32,000 bases of DNA from Pyrobaculum aerophilum str. IM2. GTDB lineage: Archaea > Thermoproteota > Thermoprotei > Thermoproteales > Thermoproteaceae. The stretch spans positions 1,140,001-1,172,000 of the forward strand of contig NC_003364.1 in assembly GCF_000007225.1 (NCBI RefSeq), in the 5' to 3' direction. The notes under the pieces were generated by a model that saw only the letters and a list, made by a program, of their open reading frames with translations, was not told the DNA's origin and did no database searches. Below are positions 15,217-24,728 of the stretch, one piece after another (position 1 is the stretch's first letter; each line of letters opens with the position of its first letter). A program made the position numbers and the translations under genes.

Positions 15217-16032
15217 ATGGAGTGCGCCTCAGGTTGCGCCTACGGCGGCGGCACGATAATTAACGCCATTGCCACAGGCCACGGAGCCGCCTTCCCCATA
15301 TCGTTGAGAGTAGCCGCTGAGGTTTGCCTCTCGGACAGCCCGTCTGTTTCCACCTACGCCGATGTAGACGTAGGGCCTATATACAAAATTCTGACTAGGC
15401 TGGGGGAGAAGCTCGGCGTCGGCCCAGTCTCTGTGAGAATTACTGGCGACTTGCCGACGGCTGGAGGCTTGAAGTCAAGCAGCGCCACTGTTAACGCGAT
15501 TATTATCGCCATGTTTAAACTAGCTGGAAGGGAGGCGGATTTGTTCAACATCGCCAGGCTCAACGCGGAGTTGAGCAAAGAGGCGGGGATTAGCGTCACT
15601 GGCGCTTTTGACGACGCAGTTGCCAGCGCTGTGGGCAGGAGCTACCTCACTGACAATTACAAAATGATCGTCTTGAGGGAACTCGACGTCTCTGGGAGGG
15701 CAGTCGTGTTAATACCTCCTTATGAAAAACGGAGGCAGAGGCTTGAGGAGATGAGGGCAATTGCCCCTGTTATTAGGACGGCGGTTGCCTACGCGGGCTT
15801 GGGGATGTGGAGAGAGGCCATGTTAATAAACGCAGTGGCTTATGGATACGCGCTGGGGTACCCGCCGGAGCCGACCCTTGAGGCGTTAAAACTAGGCGCG
15901 GTGGGAGGGGTGTCCGGGACGGGGCCTGCCCACGTCTTTATCGCCGAGAACCCGGAGGAAGTCGCCGCCGCTCTGTCAAAATACGGAAGGGTTTATGTCG
16001 TGGACATTCCTCAATCCCCTTGTTCCACGTAA
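15217..16032 (+). CDS. aroK: Archaeal GHMP-kinase-type shikimate kinase
   Basis: It has the GHMP motif LPTAGGLKSSSATVNA. I moved the start from 15073 to the ATG at 15217, because a TATA-like gtttaaaaac (15188-15197) lies about 25 nt upstream. Confidence 0.85.
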   Translation: MECASGCAYGGGTIINAIATGHGAAFPISLRVAAEVCLSDSPSVSTYADVDVGPIYKILTRLGEKLGVGPVSVRITGDLPTAGGLKSSSATVNAIIIAMFKLAGREADLFNIARLNAELSKEAGISVTGAFDDAVASAVGRSYLTDNYKMIVLRELDVSGRAVVLIPPYEKRRQRLEEMRAIAPVIRTAVAYAGLGMWREAMLINAVAYGYALGYPPEPTLEALKLGAVGGVSGTGPAHVFIAENPEEVAAALSKYGRVYVVDIPQSPCST

Positions 16033-18065
16033 GTGCCCAGCCTTGTATAGGCCCCGCGGCGGGGCACTCCGTTTACAACCACTTCGTCTAGTCTCTCAGA
16101 CAAGATGAAAATAGGCATTGCTTTAGTTATCTTCACCTCGTCCCCCTCGCGGGAGACTTCCACAATCCCCTCGTCTGTGTAAATAACCCACTTCCCCCCT
16201 CCGAATATTAGAACTCCCTCTTGAGAGGGCACTGCGGATTTTGACCTTATGTATAGAGGCATGTCGGCCTCTGAGAGCGCCCAAGTGGGCCCTATATGCG
16301 TTTTGCCTGTGGCGAGCTCCAACCAAATCCCCCGCGGGAGGTAGACCTCCCTACGCTGAGCCCCCTTGTCCACTATGGGGGCGTAGAGGAGGTAGGGGCC
16401 CACCATATACTCGTCGTATATCTTAAAGGCGTCTTCGTCGTCTGGGAACTCAAGGCCAAGCGGCCTGACAATAGGCTTACCTGTTAAATGTGCCTCCCAC
16501 GCCAAGTGCCGCAAATAGGGCATAAACCTCAGCCTCATTTTCACTGCCTCAAGCGCCATCTGCTGGTATTTAGTCGGTAGCCTGGTAATTTCGGCGTCAG
16601 GCGTCCCCTTGTCTCTATGCACTCTGTAAATGGGGAAAAAGGCCGCCGCCTGGTACCACCTGGCGATTAGCTCGTAGTCTCCAATCCCGGCGAACCCCCC
16701 AACGTCGGCGCCCACAAAGGGCACTCCGGAGGCCGAGAGGCCTAACACCGCCATTAAAGTGAGCCTCAAGCCCTCCCAAGTGCTCGGCACGTCGCCAGTC
16801 CACAAGGCGGCGTATTTCTGTATGCCCAAATAGCCAGACCTTGAGAGAATGAAAGGCTCTTTCCCAGCCTTTAACAAGCCCTCGTAAGTAGCCATAGCCT
16901 CGAAATAAGGGTATAGCCCCCTAACCGCCTCGTGGGGGATCTTCACCCCGTTTACCACGTGATAAGCGCCGCGGGGGGCCTTGCAGTATAACTCTTCTTT
17001 CGTCAAGCTGTGAGGCGTCGCCCCGGCGAGGGCGTATATTCTTGACTTCGTGGCCACTGCGTCGCAGTTAAAAACAGTGGGCTCATTCATATCAAGCCAA
17101 ATGCCGTCGATGTTATAATTAGAAACAAACTCGGCGACTAGAGCGGCCCACTTCTCTCTACATTCGGGTTTTAAAAAGTCGGGCAGGGCGGAGAGGCCGG
17201 GCCAGCCCCGGGCTAGGTAAATCTCGTCGTTTTCAGTTACGAGAAAACAGTCGAGGAGTTTTTCAAAGGGCTTGTAGCCGGGCTCTGCCTTGATATACGG
17301 GTCTAAGATAGCGACTACCCTCGCCCCCAGCTCGTGTACTTGTTCCACAAACCCCCTGGGGTCGGGGAACTTCCTCGCGTCCCAAGTGAATTGCTTATAC
17401 CTGTCCATGTAGTCTATGTCGAGATAAACGGCGTCAACCGGCACTGCCTCAATTACCTCTTCCACGACTTCAACTACGGCGTTGTGAGGCTCGTAGCTGT
17501 ACCGGGATATGTGGAGGCCGAGGCCCCAATTGGGGGGTAAAAACGGCTTTCCAGTGACGTCGCTATACGTGGAGTATACGTCTAGCGGCGTCTCGCCGAA
17601 TAGTATATACAGCTCCGGTTTGTCCTCCACGTAAATGGACACCTCACTGTATTTCGTATATCCAATGTCGACAATGCCATACGCCGGGCTGTTAACAATA
17701 AGCCCAAAGCCCCTTCCCCCCTCCACAAAGACCATAAAGGGGATAGAGGCATAGAGGGGGTCCATCCCCAGCTGGTAGGCATATAAGTCGTTGTTAAAAA
17801 GTATAAAACGGCCCCGTCTGCGGTCTGGCGGATAGGCCCTTGTCCCCAAGCCGAAGACGTGCTCCCAGCGGCCCAATTGTTTATACAAACGGACACCCCC
17901 CTCGGTTTGTTCAATTTTAAGCTCAACGCTCACGTCGCAACAACTAGCCGTTAGAGTTCTCCCGTCAAAAGCGGCGGCGGGTCTCGGCTCTCCTTGCGGC
18001 AGGGGGAAAGAAAGTAGCTGTCTTCCCTGCGTTAGCTTTACAGACTTCCTCCCAACTGCGAGCAC
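16011..18065 (-). CDS. GH31 alpha-glucosidase
   Basis: The 684-aa product has the GH31 nucleophile signature GIWLDMNEP and a GADVGGF acid/base region. Its 3' end overlaps the convergent shikimate kinase gene by 22 nt. Confidence 0.9.
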   Translation of the reverse strand: MLAVGRKSVKLTQGRQLLSFPLPQGEPRPAAAFDGRTLTASCCDVSVELKIEQTEGGVRLYKQLGRWEHVFGLGTRAYPPDRRRGRFILFNNDLYAYQLGMDPLYASIPFMVFVEGGRGFGLIVNSPAYGIVDIGYTKYSEVSIYVEDKPELYILFGETPLDVYSTYSDVTGKPFLPPNWGLGLHISRYSYEPHNAVVEVVEEVIEAVPVDAVYLDIDYMDRYKQFTWDARKFPDPRGFVEQVHELGARVVAILDPYIKAEPGYKPFEKLLDCFLVTENDEIYLARGWPGLSALPDFLKPECREKWAALVAEFVSNYNIDGIWLDMNEPTVFNCDAVATKSRIYALAGATPHSLTKEELYCKAPRGAYHVVNGVKIPHEAVRGLYPYFEAMATYEGLLKAGKEPFILSRSGYLGIQKYAALWTGDVPSTWEGLRLTLMAVLGLSASGVPFVGADVGGFAGIGDYELIARWYQAAAFFPIYRVHRDKGTPDAEITRLPTKYQQMALEAVKMRLRFMPYLRHLAWEAHLTGKPIVRPLGLEFPDDEDAFKIYDEYMVGPYLLYAPIVDKGAQRREVYLPRGIWLELATGKTHIGPTWALSEADMPLYIRSKSAVPSQEGVLIFGGGKWVIYTDEGIVEVSREGDEVKITKAMPIFILSERLDEVVVNGVPRRGAYTRLGTYVEQGD

Positions 18066-18083
18066 TGACGCTAAATGCCTTAG

Positions 18084-18395
18084 CTATTTAGACGTTATCT
18101 CGTTTGTCAGCTTCGCGGCTAGGACCTCTAGCTGTTTGCGAATTTCTCTAATACGCTCTTTAGCGACCTCGCCCTGGGCGAGGTACTCCAACTCCTTAGC
18201 TAATACAATGCCCTCGTGTAAGAAATGATCCAGGCGCAGTAAGGCCGCTAAGTCCGCGTCTTTATACACTTTGCCTGATAACTCCCTCTCAAGACACTCC
18301 CAGTGCACTGGGCCTTTGGAGTAAAAGGTAAACACCTGCCCCTCTATTATCTCCTCGCCGCACACAGCACACTTCCATTTTTTCAACTGGCGCAT
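18084..18395 (-). CDS. Small zinc-binding (CxxC...HxxC) helical protein, conserved archaeal hypothetical
   Basis: The 103-aa product has WKCAVCGEE...PVHWEC followed by a charged helix. It is divergent from rpl3. Confidence 0.6.
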   Translation of the reverse strand: MRQLKKWKCAVCGEEIIEGQVFTFYSKGPVHWECLERELSGKVYKDADLAALLRLDHFLHEGIVLAKELEYLAQGEVAKERIREIRKQLEVLAAKLTNEITSK

Positions 18396-18433
18396 GTCCC
18401 CCTATGCGATCTGGATTTTTAATAATTGCGCTA

Positions 18434-18447
18434 AAGTTTATAAAGGG
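18434..18447 (+). promoter_or_regulatory. BRE/TATA of the rpl3 operon (aaagtttataaagg)
   Basis: It is centred about 26 nt upstream of the rpl3 ATG at 18466. The same AAAGTTTAWA pattern recurs upstream of rpoL (22981-22994). Confidence 0.55.
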
Positions 18448-18465
18448 TTATTATTGGGAGGCGGC

Positions 18466-19482
18466 ATGGGTTTGAAGATTAATAGGCCGCGCCGCGGCTC
18501 GATGGGAGTATATCCGAGGAAGCGAGCTGCCGACATTGTGCCCAGAGTCCGAACGTGGCCTGAGGTTAATTTAGGCAAGCCTGCTCTCCTCGGCTTCGCC
18601 GCATATAAGGCGGGGATGCTACACGCCGTTGTAGTCGACGACAGGCCCACAAGTCCCCTGTACGGCAAAGAGGTTGTCAAAGCCGTCACTGTGCTAGACG
18701 CCCCCCCGCTGTATGTATGGGGGTTTAGGCTTTACACCCTCGACCCTACTAACGGCTATAAAAGGGCTGTGGCGGAGGTCTGGGCCAGCGAATTGCCCAA
18801 ATTCCTACACAGAGTTTTAACTCTGCCGGAGAAACTAGACGTAGATAAACAGTTAAAGAAAGTTGAGGAGTTTAGAGACGTGGCCGTGGACGTAAGGGCA
18901 TTAGTGGCCACGCAGCCCCACCTCTCGGGCATTGGGAAAAAGACCCCCGAGCTCTTAGAGATACCCATAGGCGGCGTCCCCAGCGTAGACGAGAGGATTA
19001 ACTTCGCAATCTCCCTCTTGGGCAAGACAGTGTCGCCAAAAGACGTGTTTACCCCTGGCCAGCTCGTTGACGTAATCGCCGTGACTAAGGGAAAAGGCTA
19101 TCAAGGCGTAATTAAGAGGTTTGGAGTAACAATATTGCCGCGCTGGCACAAACACAGAAAGGGACATAGAAGGACTGGCACTATAGGCCCACAAGCCCCT
19201 GCTGTTATGTTCACCCAGCCAAGGCCCGGCCAGATGGGATTCCACCAGCGCACTGAGTATAACAAGCGGTTGTTAAAAATAGGAGAAAACGGCGCTGAAA
19301 TTACGCCGAAGTCTGGATTTCCCCATTATGGAGTAGTGAAGGGTCCCTATATTTTAATCCAGGGCAGCGTGCCGGGCGCTAGGAAGAGGCTTGTGGTGTT
19401 GAGACACCCCGTGAGGCCGCCGCGAAAGGCGCCTCCAGCCGCCGAGCCGCAAGTAGTTTGGGTAAGTTCACAAACTTTATAA
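18466..19482 (+). CDS. rpl3: 50S ribosomal protein L3 (uL3)
   Basis: Motifs MGLKINRPRRGSMGVYPRKRA and KGKGYQGVIKRFG. The start is at the internal ATG 18466 rather than 18394. Confidence 0.95.
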   Translation: MGLKINRPRRGSMGVYPRKRAADIVPRVRTWPEVNLGKPALLGFAAYKAGMLHAVVVDDRPTSPLYGKEVVKAVTVLDAPPLYVWGFRLYTLDPTNGYKRAVAEVWASELPKFLHRVLTLPEKLDVDKQLKKVEEFRDVAVDVRALVATQPHLSGIGKKTPELLEIPIGGVPSVDERINFAISLLGKTVSPKDVFTPGQLVDVIAVTKGKGYQGVIKRFGVTILPRWHKHRKGHRRTGTIGPQAPAVMFTQPRPGQMGFHQRTEYNKRLLKIGENGAEITPKSGFPHYGVVKGPYILIQGSVPGARKRLVVLRHPVRPPRKAPPAAEPQVVWVSSQTL

Positions 19483-19501
19483 ATGGGGCGTAGTAGACGC
19501 C

Positions 19502-20353
19502 GTGATGAACGAGGTTTTGCTAAAGTTTAAACAACTGGATCTCAGCCCGTATATACAGCCGTTGCCCGAGAAGCCTGCTGAGAAGTTAAAAGTCTACGGC
19601 ATTGACGGCGCCTATGTAGCGGATATTGAGGCTCCGCTGCATTTTCTAGAGCCTATAAGGCCGGATTTAATTAGGAGGGCATATTTAAGCGCGTTGTCAG
19701 CCCGGTTCCAGCCCAAGGGCGTGTATGAAGGCGCCGGCAAGGAGCACAGTTGTGAGTCTTTCGGCGTGGGCCTTGGGATTGCCAGAATACCGAGGTATAA
19801 AGGATCTCTCTGGCCCAGGGGTTGTTTTGCGCCGAATACGAGAGGCGGCAGGCGGGCTCACCCGCCTAAGGTAGAGAAAAAGCTACACGAGGAGATAAAT
19901 AAAAAGGAGAAGAAGTTGGCAATTAGATCAGCCATTGCCGCGACAGCCTACCGTTCCTGGGTGGCCGCCCGCGGCCACGTCGTTGAAAAAGTGCCCTCTC
20001 TCCCGGTGGTTGTTGTCGGCGATGCCGAGAAAATTAACAGGGCAAAGGAGGCCAAAAAGCTGTTTGAGGCGCTGGGCTTGTGGCCAGACGTGGAGAGAGC
20101 CGCCGAGGGGGTTAAGATCAGAGCTGGTAAGGGCAAAATGAGGGGTAGGAGGTATAAAGAGCCTAAAAGCGTGTTAGTAGTGGTCTCAGATTTAAACGCC
20201 CCGCTGATAGCTGCGGTGAGGAATTTCCCCGGCGTTGACGTAGTGGCCGTGAATAATTTAAACATATTAGTGCTGGCCCCTGGCGGCGTCCCCGGCAGGC
20301 TAACTCTGTGGACGGCGCCAGCGGTGGAGAAGTTGAGAGGGCTGTTCCTATGA
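19502..20353 (+). CDS. rpl4: 50S ribosomal protein L4 (uL4)
   Basis: Motifs GAGKEHSCESFGVGLGIARIPR and GKGKMRGRRYK. The start is GTG at 19502 or ATG at 19505. Confidence 0.95.
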   Translation: MMNEVLLKFKQLDLSPYIQPLPEKPAEKLKVYGIDGAYVADIEAPLHFLEPIRPDLIRRAYLSALSARFQPKGVYEGAGKEHSCESFGVGLGIARIPRYKGSLWPRGCFAPNTRGGRRAHPPKVEKKLHEEINKKEKKLAIRSAIAATAYRSWVAARGHVVEKVPSLPVVVVGDAEKINRAKEAKKLFEALGLWPDVERAAEGVKIRAGKGKMRGRRYKEPKSVLVVVSDLNAPLIAAVRNFPGVDVVAVNNLNILVLAPGGVPGRLTLWTAPAVEKLRGLFL

Positions 20354-20595
20354 TTAAGAGAATTGTCGTAACAGAAAAAGCACTGCGCCTAGCCGAAAAG
20401 GAGAATAAAATAACGCTGATAGTTGACAGAGGCGCCACTAAGAAACAGATAGCAGAAGAGGTGGAGAGGCTGTATAACGTCAAAGTAGAGAAAGTAAATA
20501 CTCTAATAACCCCCAGGGGGGAGAAAAAGGCCTATGTCAAGTTAACAAAAGAACACAACGCAATGGATCTGCTCAGCAAGCTGGGCGTATTATAG
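20350..20595 (+). CDS. rpl23: 50S ribosomal protein L23 (uL23)
   Basis: The product reads MIKRIVVTEKALRLAEKENKITLIVDRGATKKQI...KKAYVKL. Its ATG overlaps the rpl4 stop as ATGA. Confidence 0.95.
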   Translation: MIKRIVVTEKALRLAEKENKITLIVDRGATKKQIAEEVERLYNVKVEKVNTLITPRGEKKAYVKLTKEHNAMDLLSKLGVL

Positions 20596-21310
20596 CGCCT
20601 CTGCGACAGTTTGTCCTCCCCAGCATCGCAACAAGGTTATATACGGCTACAAAATTTATTTCGAAGTGATGTAGGTCTTTAGTGCAGAGGGATGACGAGG
20701 AATCCACGATCTGATCGGCGTTATCTCGGGGATGGCCTCCTGGCAAGGCGTGAAGACTAGAAAAACTAACCTGGATATTCGCCGTGGGCGTATTGCAACC
20801 AGACCTGTAAAGTATTAGGAAAGCGCAATAACCGCAACTTCTCAGAACATTGGCGCAAAGGTCTCTTTGTCGTATCAACTAGGGGGCGCCACGCCCTTTA
20901 CGCAGAATTTTCCCAAGTCCCCGCTGTATGCTTCCGTAGAAAAGCATTGCGTACGCTAGGAATTTCGCTACTTCAGGAGCATCTTAGGCGACGTAGTGTA
21001 CCAATGCCGTCTTATCCAGTGACGAGAAGACGCTTAAGGGAACTCGGGCGCCGTTGAGGACCTTAAAGAGGCCTTTTGGCGGGATGGGAATGGATCGGGT
21101 AGCTGCTTTCGTGTTTTGTGGCGTGGCGAGACTGTATGTGACTGGGGCAGGTTTAAGATAGTGTAATGCGCGTGCCACCTCCCCGAGGGGGCCACTCGGC
21201 GTCTCTTTGTCTCGTTGAGGGTGTTTTTATGGCCGAGGGGCGCGTTAAAAGTCTCTATTTTTGCCATGTACTACCTCACGGCTTATCTAAATGAGGTGTA
21301 AGGGAGAGCG

Positions 21311-21673
21311 CTATTGGATTTTTCGCAACAATCTGAGCCATGTGGCTATTGACTCCCCGCCTGCGACGTATTTATTCCGAATTAACCAATACTGCGTGGC
21401 CAGCCCTTTTTGGACTATATACGCGGCGAACATATTTACGAGCACCTTCGCCTGCCCCCTTCTCACAAGGCCCTTAACATATTGCTCGGGGTAGTCCTTG
21501 GCGACTGGGTTGCCCCTCTCCGCCGCCTCCCTAGCCCTCGCCGATAATAACTTAACGCCGACGTCTTTAAGCCACCTCTCGAAATTCTCCAGCTCGTTTT
21601 GAAAGGCCTTTGCTATGTCTGTCGACACGAATTGGCCCCAATACTGTTTAAGCTCTTTAAGCACCGACTCCAC
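21311..21673 (-). CDS. Hypothetical helical protein
   Basis: The 120-aa product starts at GTG. A TATA-like ttttataaaaa lies about 27 nt upstream (plus-strand 21690-21703 region). I recognise no family. Confidence 0.5.
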   Translation of the reverse strand: MESVLKELKQYWGQFVSTDIAKAFQNELENFERWLKDVGVKLLSARAREAAERGNPVAKDYPEQYVKGLVRRGQAKVLVNMFAAYIVQKGLATQYWLIRNKYVAGGESIATWLRLLRKIQ

Positions 21674-21703
21674 TTTGTAAAAACAACGGTGTTTTTATAA
21701 AAG

Positions 21704-22240
21704 TTACGTGGCGTAGTGGCCTACCGCTATTTTCCTCTTCACCTCTGCGCCGCAGTTAGGACAGTACAACATCATGCCCCGCCTTTTTAATACAGCGCCG
21801 CATTTGGGGCACCTGGATAGAATTACGCCGTATGTGGGGCCCCTAATGGAGACGACGATGGGCGGCCCGTAAGTGGACACCACCTTAGCCCTTAGGTAAT
21901 CTCCGATCCCTATATCGCCGTCTGAGAAAAAGTAAGGCAAAACCCCCGAAACGGGGTATTTCAAGTCCGCGGCGTTCTTCCCCTCTTCGACGGCGAAACA
22001 CCTCAGCTGGTAAGCCCTCCTCCCCTTTCCGGTGACTTGGCAGTAAACCACAGCGCCTGGCTGCGGGTAGGCAGATCCCCTGACTGGCTTTACGACTGCT
22101 ACATGGCTCTTCTCGTCATATGTGGCGACGCTTAAAGCCGACGCGTGGTATTTGTGATCTACGGCTAGTACAGCTCCCTTTGTTTCAAACTCCTCTGCGT
22201 ACGCCACAAGCTCTCCGGGGGTGACTATAGTCTTTTTCAC
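21704..22240 (-). CDS. csl4: Exosome RNA-binding subunit Csl4
   Basis: It has an N-terminal domain, an S1-like middle region, and a C-terminal zinc ribbon (CPKCGAVLKRRGMMLYCPNCG). Confidence 0.85.
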   Translation of the reverse strand: MKKTIVTPGELVAYAEEFETKGAVLAVDHKYHASALSVATYDEKSHVAVVKPVRGSAYPQPGAVVYCQVTGKGRRAYQLRCFAVEEGKNAADLKYPVSGVLPYFFSDGDIGIGDYLRAKVVSTYGPPIVVSIRGPTYGVILSRCPKCGAVLKRRGMMLYCPNCGAEVKRKIAVGHYAT

Positions 22241-22296
22241 ATAGCCACCAGCCGCTTAAGGTATAAATTTTTTTAACCCCGAGCGCCCGTCACGCA

Positions 22297-22899
22297 GTGT
22301 ATATTACGCTGTCCTTCAAGTTTAACAGTAGAGAGGAAATGGAGCGTTTCCTCGAGTTTTTAGAGAAACATGTAAAAACAACATATCTAGTTACCACCCG
22401 CCTAACGCATGTATACGTCCAGCTAGAAGGCGAGGGGAAAGAGCTTGAAGACGCCGCGTCGCTAGTTAAAAAACTAGCCGGTTTAGCCAGGCAACAGAGG
22501 CACACAGTTCAAATACCGCTGGTAGTCTTGTTTAGAGATGCGGATTTGGCCAGGCCGGTGCCTCCCGATGTAATAGCAGATGCCTTAAAGTTAAAGGGCA
22601 TGCCCTCCGAAGTGCGGGGCGGAGTGCTAGAAACGGCGGCGAGTTATGAGGAAGTATTAAAAACGGCGGAGGCCCTCTCTAAAATCTACGAAGAGACGGA
22701 GAGGTTGCCGCTTACGCCACAGGCTAAAAAAATAGTCGTTGCATACGCCTTTGCCCGGGGGATGCCCGTGGATAAGGCAGCGGAGGAGCTGGCCGCCACC
22801 GGGCTGTTAAATGTGGGTTCTGTCATCAGCCTTAGAAATACGCTGGAGGAGACGAGAAGGCGACTCTATGCGCTTTCGCAAGCCCGCAGGCGTTCCTGA
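22297..22899 (+). CDS. Conserved archaeal hypothetical protein
   Basis: The 200-aa product has good coding composition. It is divergent from csl4 across an AT-rich spacer (ggtataaatttttttaacc). No function is recognisable. Confidence 0.6.
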   Translation: MYITLSFKFNSREEMERFLEFLEKHVKTTYLVTTRLTHVYVQLEGEGKELEDAASLVKKLAGLARQQRHTVQIPLVVLFRDADLARPVPPDVIADALKLKGMPSEVRGGVLETAASYEEVLKTAEALSKIYEETERLPLTPQAKKIVVAYAFARGMPVDKAAEELAATGLLNVGSVISLRNTLEETRRRLYALSQARRRS

Positions 22900-23001
22900 C
22901 GGGCATAACAAGCATGTCGTAAGGCCTCTCCGCCCGGCTCGGGGGCCCGACGCCTCCGGACGCCAATACCCCCTCGTGTAAAGTTTAAATAAGTCCGGCT
23001 A

Positions 23002-23280
23002 GTGAGTCCCGTGTTGCGACTAGAAATCTTGAAATTAGACGATAAATACCTTGAACTTAAGGCGAAGGGGGAGACCTACACATTATTCTCTCCTCTAGTG
23101 GAGTACCTCTCAAACGATCCAGATGTGGAGTATGTACAATTTGACGTGGATCATCCTCTACAAGAAAATGCGTATTTCAAATTAAAAGTAAAGAGGGGAA
23201 ACCCACTTGAGGCAATTCAGAGAGCTGTCAACGCAATTCTCTCAGATCTCGAAGAGTTGGAAAGAGGTTTCTTTTCGTGA
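23002..23280 (+). CDS. rpoL: DNA-directed RNA polymerase subunit L (Rpo11)
   Basis: The product includes LEILKLDDKYLELKAKGETYTLFSPLVEYLSNDPDVEYVQFDVDHPL. The true start may be GTG at 11 nt downstream (23011), given the TATA at 22981-22994. Confidence 0.85.
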   Translation: MSPVLRLEILKLDDKYLELKAKGETYTLFSPLVEYLSNDPDVEYVQFDVDHPLQENAYFKLKVKRGNPLEAIQRAVNAILSDLEELERGFFS

Positions 23281-23942
23281 TTTTGGTATTGGCAGAGTCC
23301 GCCCTTGAGCTGGTGCCCAAGGAGATATGGAATCACCCTGCCGTGTTGGCCGACGCCCGCCGGAGGGGGAAGAGGCCTGGGGAAATTTTATTGGACAGAG
23401 CCAGACACCACCCAGCCATGCGCCTTTTAGCTGATGCAAAGAGGAGGGGGCGCCCCGATATTGTGCACCAAGTGCTATTGGCGTTTCAATACAGTCTCCT
23501 CGCAAAGAGGGGGTTAGGAAAGGCGTATATTCACACGCGGGATGATTACGTAATAGCTGTTAGCCCCGAGGCCCGCGTGCCGAAGAATTACAACAACTTC
23601 GTCGCGTTGATTGAACAGCTATTTGCACTTGGAAAGGTGCCTCCTAAGGGGGAGCCTCTCATGGAGTTATACAGAAAAGACTTGGCGACGTTGCTACAAG
23701 AGCTTGGAGGAGTTTGGGCGGTATTCCACGAGTCGGGAGCGAGAAAGCCCCTTTCGCAAATGGGGAGCGAGCTTTTAAAGTCGGTGGTAGTGGTTGGAGG
23801 TTTTCCCCACGGCGATTTCCAGAACAAGTGGGTTGTGGAGAAGGCCGCTGTTGTGTACAGCCTCGGCGAGGAGAGCCTAGACGCCGCACAGGTAATTTGT
23901 AAAGCGGTAACCGCCGCGGAGGTAGCCGCCGGGCTCTTATGA
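23277..23942 (+). CDS. nep1: Nep1/Emg1 rRNA pseudouridine-N1 methyltransferase
   Basis: It has the RGRPDIVHQ motif and a SPOUT-like C-terminus (VVVGGFPHGDF). It overlaps rpoL as GTGA. Confidence 0.9.
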   Translation: MILVLAESALELVPKEIWNHPAVLADARRRGKRPGEILLDRARHHPAMRLLADAKRRGRPDIVHQVLLAFQYSLLAKRGLGKAYIHTRDDYVIAVSPEARVPKNYNNFVALIEQLFALGKVPPKGEPLMELYRKDLATLLQELGGVWAVFHESGARKPLSQMGSELLKSVVVVGGFPHGDFQNKWVVEKAAVVYSLGEESLDAAQVICKAVTAAEVAAGLL

Positions 23943-24688
23943 ATTTCCAAGTCTACATAAAGCGCCGCGGCAAGTGGAGGGAGTTATTGCGATACGTATC
24001 GCAACGAAACGTGGCCTACGTCCTAGAAACAGGGCATTTAGACACGTCCCGCTCGCCCTTAACTGTCGCAGTGGACTTTGAAGAAACCGCACCAGAAGCG
24101 CTGGTGTTGCCGCCTGTGGGGGAGGAGAATTTTGACTGGTATATAATGTTCGCCGACGCGCTGGGAGTAAAGAGGTTAGTAATGCACCCCCCTCCCTCTC
24201 TAGAGCAAATAGCTAAGCTTTACGATAAGGCCGTTGGATACGGCATTGAGATAAACTGGCTTTACGGAGAGCCGCCTATGTCAAGAATAAGAGATGTGGA
24301 GATCGTGGCGCGTAACGTGAAAACCACGGCGGCGAGAGTAGTCTACGACCCAGTGAGGGCCCGCGGAACTAAAGAAATCTATACCACTATTGTCGCCCTG
24401 AGCGGGTTTATAAAAGAGATATACCTCTCCAACCGGAGGGGAGAAAGGGGTCCGCGGCTCCCCCCCTTTGATCCCATTGGGCGAGTGAACTTTGTGGAAA
24501 TACTCCAAGCGCTTTACTTAATCCAGTGGGAGGGCAAGCTGACTATTAGACAAGCCCCCCAGTACTTCAACGAGTTAGATTTACAATTGAGAATCGGCGC
24601 TGAGGTGATAGAAACTGCGAAAAGCATAGGCGTTTCTAAAAAAGTTCAAAAAAGAGTTTCCGCTGTAATAGACGAATTAATGTCATAA
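23939..24688 (+). CDS. Hypothetical protein, possibly with a TIM-barrel (xylose-isomerase-like) fold
   Basis: The 249-aa product overlaps nep1 as ATGA. The fold guess rests only on alternating beta/alpha-like segments (KRLVMHPP, IEINWLYGEP) and is weak. Confidence 0.5.
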   Translation: MNFQVYIKRRGKWRELLRYVSQRNVAYVLETGHLDTSRSPLTVAVDFEETAPEALVLPPVGEENFDWYIMFADALGVKRLVMHPPPSLEQIAKLYDKAVGYGIEINWLYGEPPMSRIRDVEIVARNVKTTAARVVYDPVRARGTKEIYTTIVALSGFIKEIYLSNRRGERGPRLPPFDPIGRVNFVEILQALYLIQWEGKLTIRQAPQYFNELDLQLRIGAEVIETAKSIGVSKKVQKRVSAVIDELMS

Positions 24689-24728
24689 TATTTGAAAAGA
24701 CGTAAAAAACTGGCTCAATGCCAAAGGT

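Noticed and set aside
20662-20718. Possible C/D-box sRNA downstream of rpl23. C-like box gtgatgt (20666-20672), 12-nt spacer, caga, ggatga (20690-20695), 15-nt spacer, ctga (20711-20714)
   Set aside because: Every box except the final CTGA deviates from consensus. The D'/C' spacing is essentially zero and the second guide would be 15 nt. There is no convincing terminal stem. This is not enough for a call without expression data.
21034-21267. A 77-aa minus-strand ORF (MAKIETFNAPLGHKNTLNETKRRR...) inside the ORF-free region
   Set aside because: Its composition is atypical for proteins of this genome (rich in H, S, P and T, few hydrophobic core residues). No promoter is at the right distance. 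It overlaps another equally poor ORF.
22900-22980. GC-rich stretch (ggcctctccgcccggctcgggggcccgacgcctccggacgcc) between the hypothetical gene and rpoL, considered as a small RNA or tRNA fragment
   Set aside because: I could not draw a convincing extended helix or tRNA-like arms by eye. It is more simply a 3' UTR or spacer.
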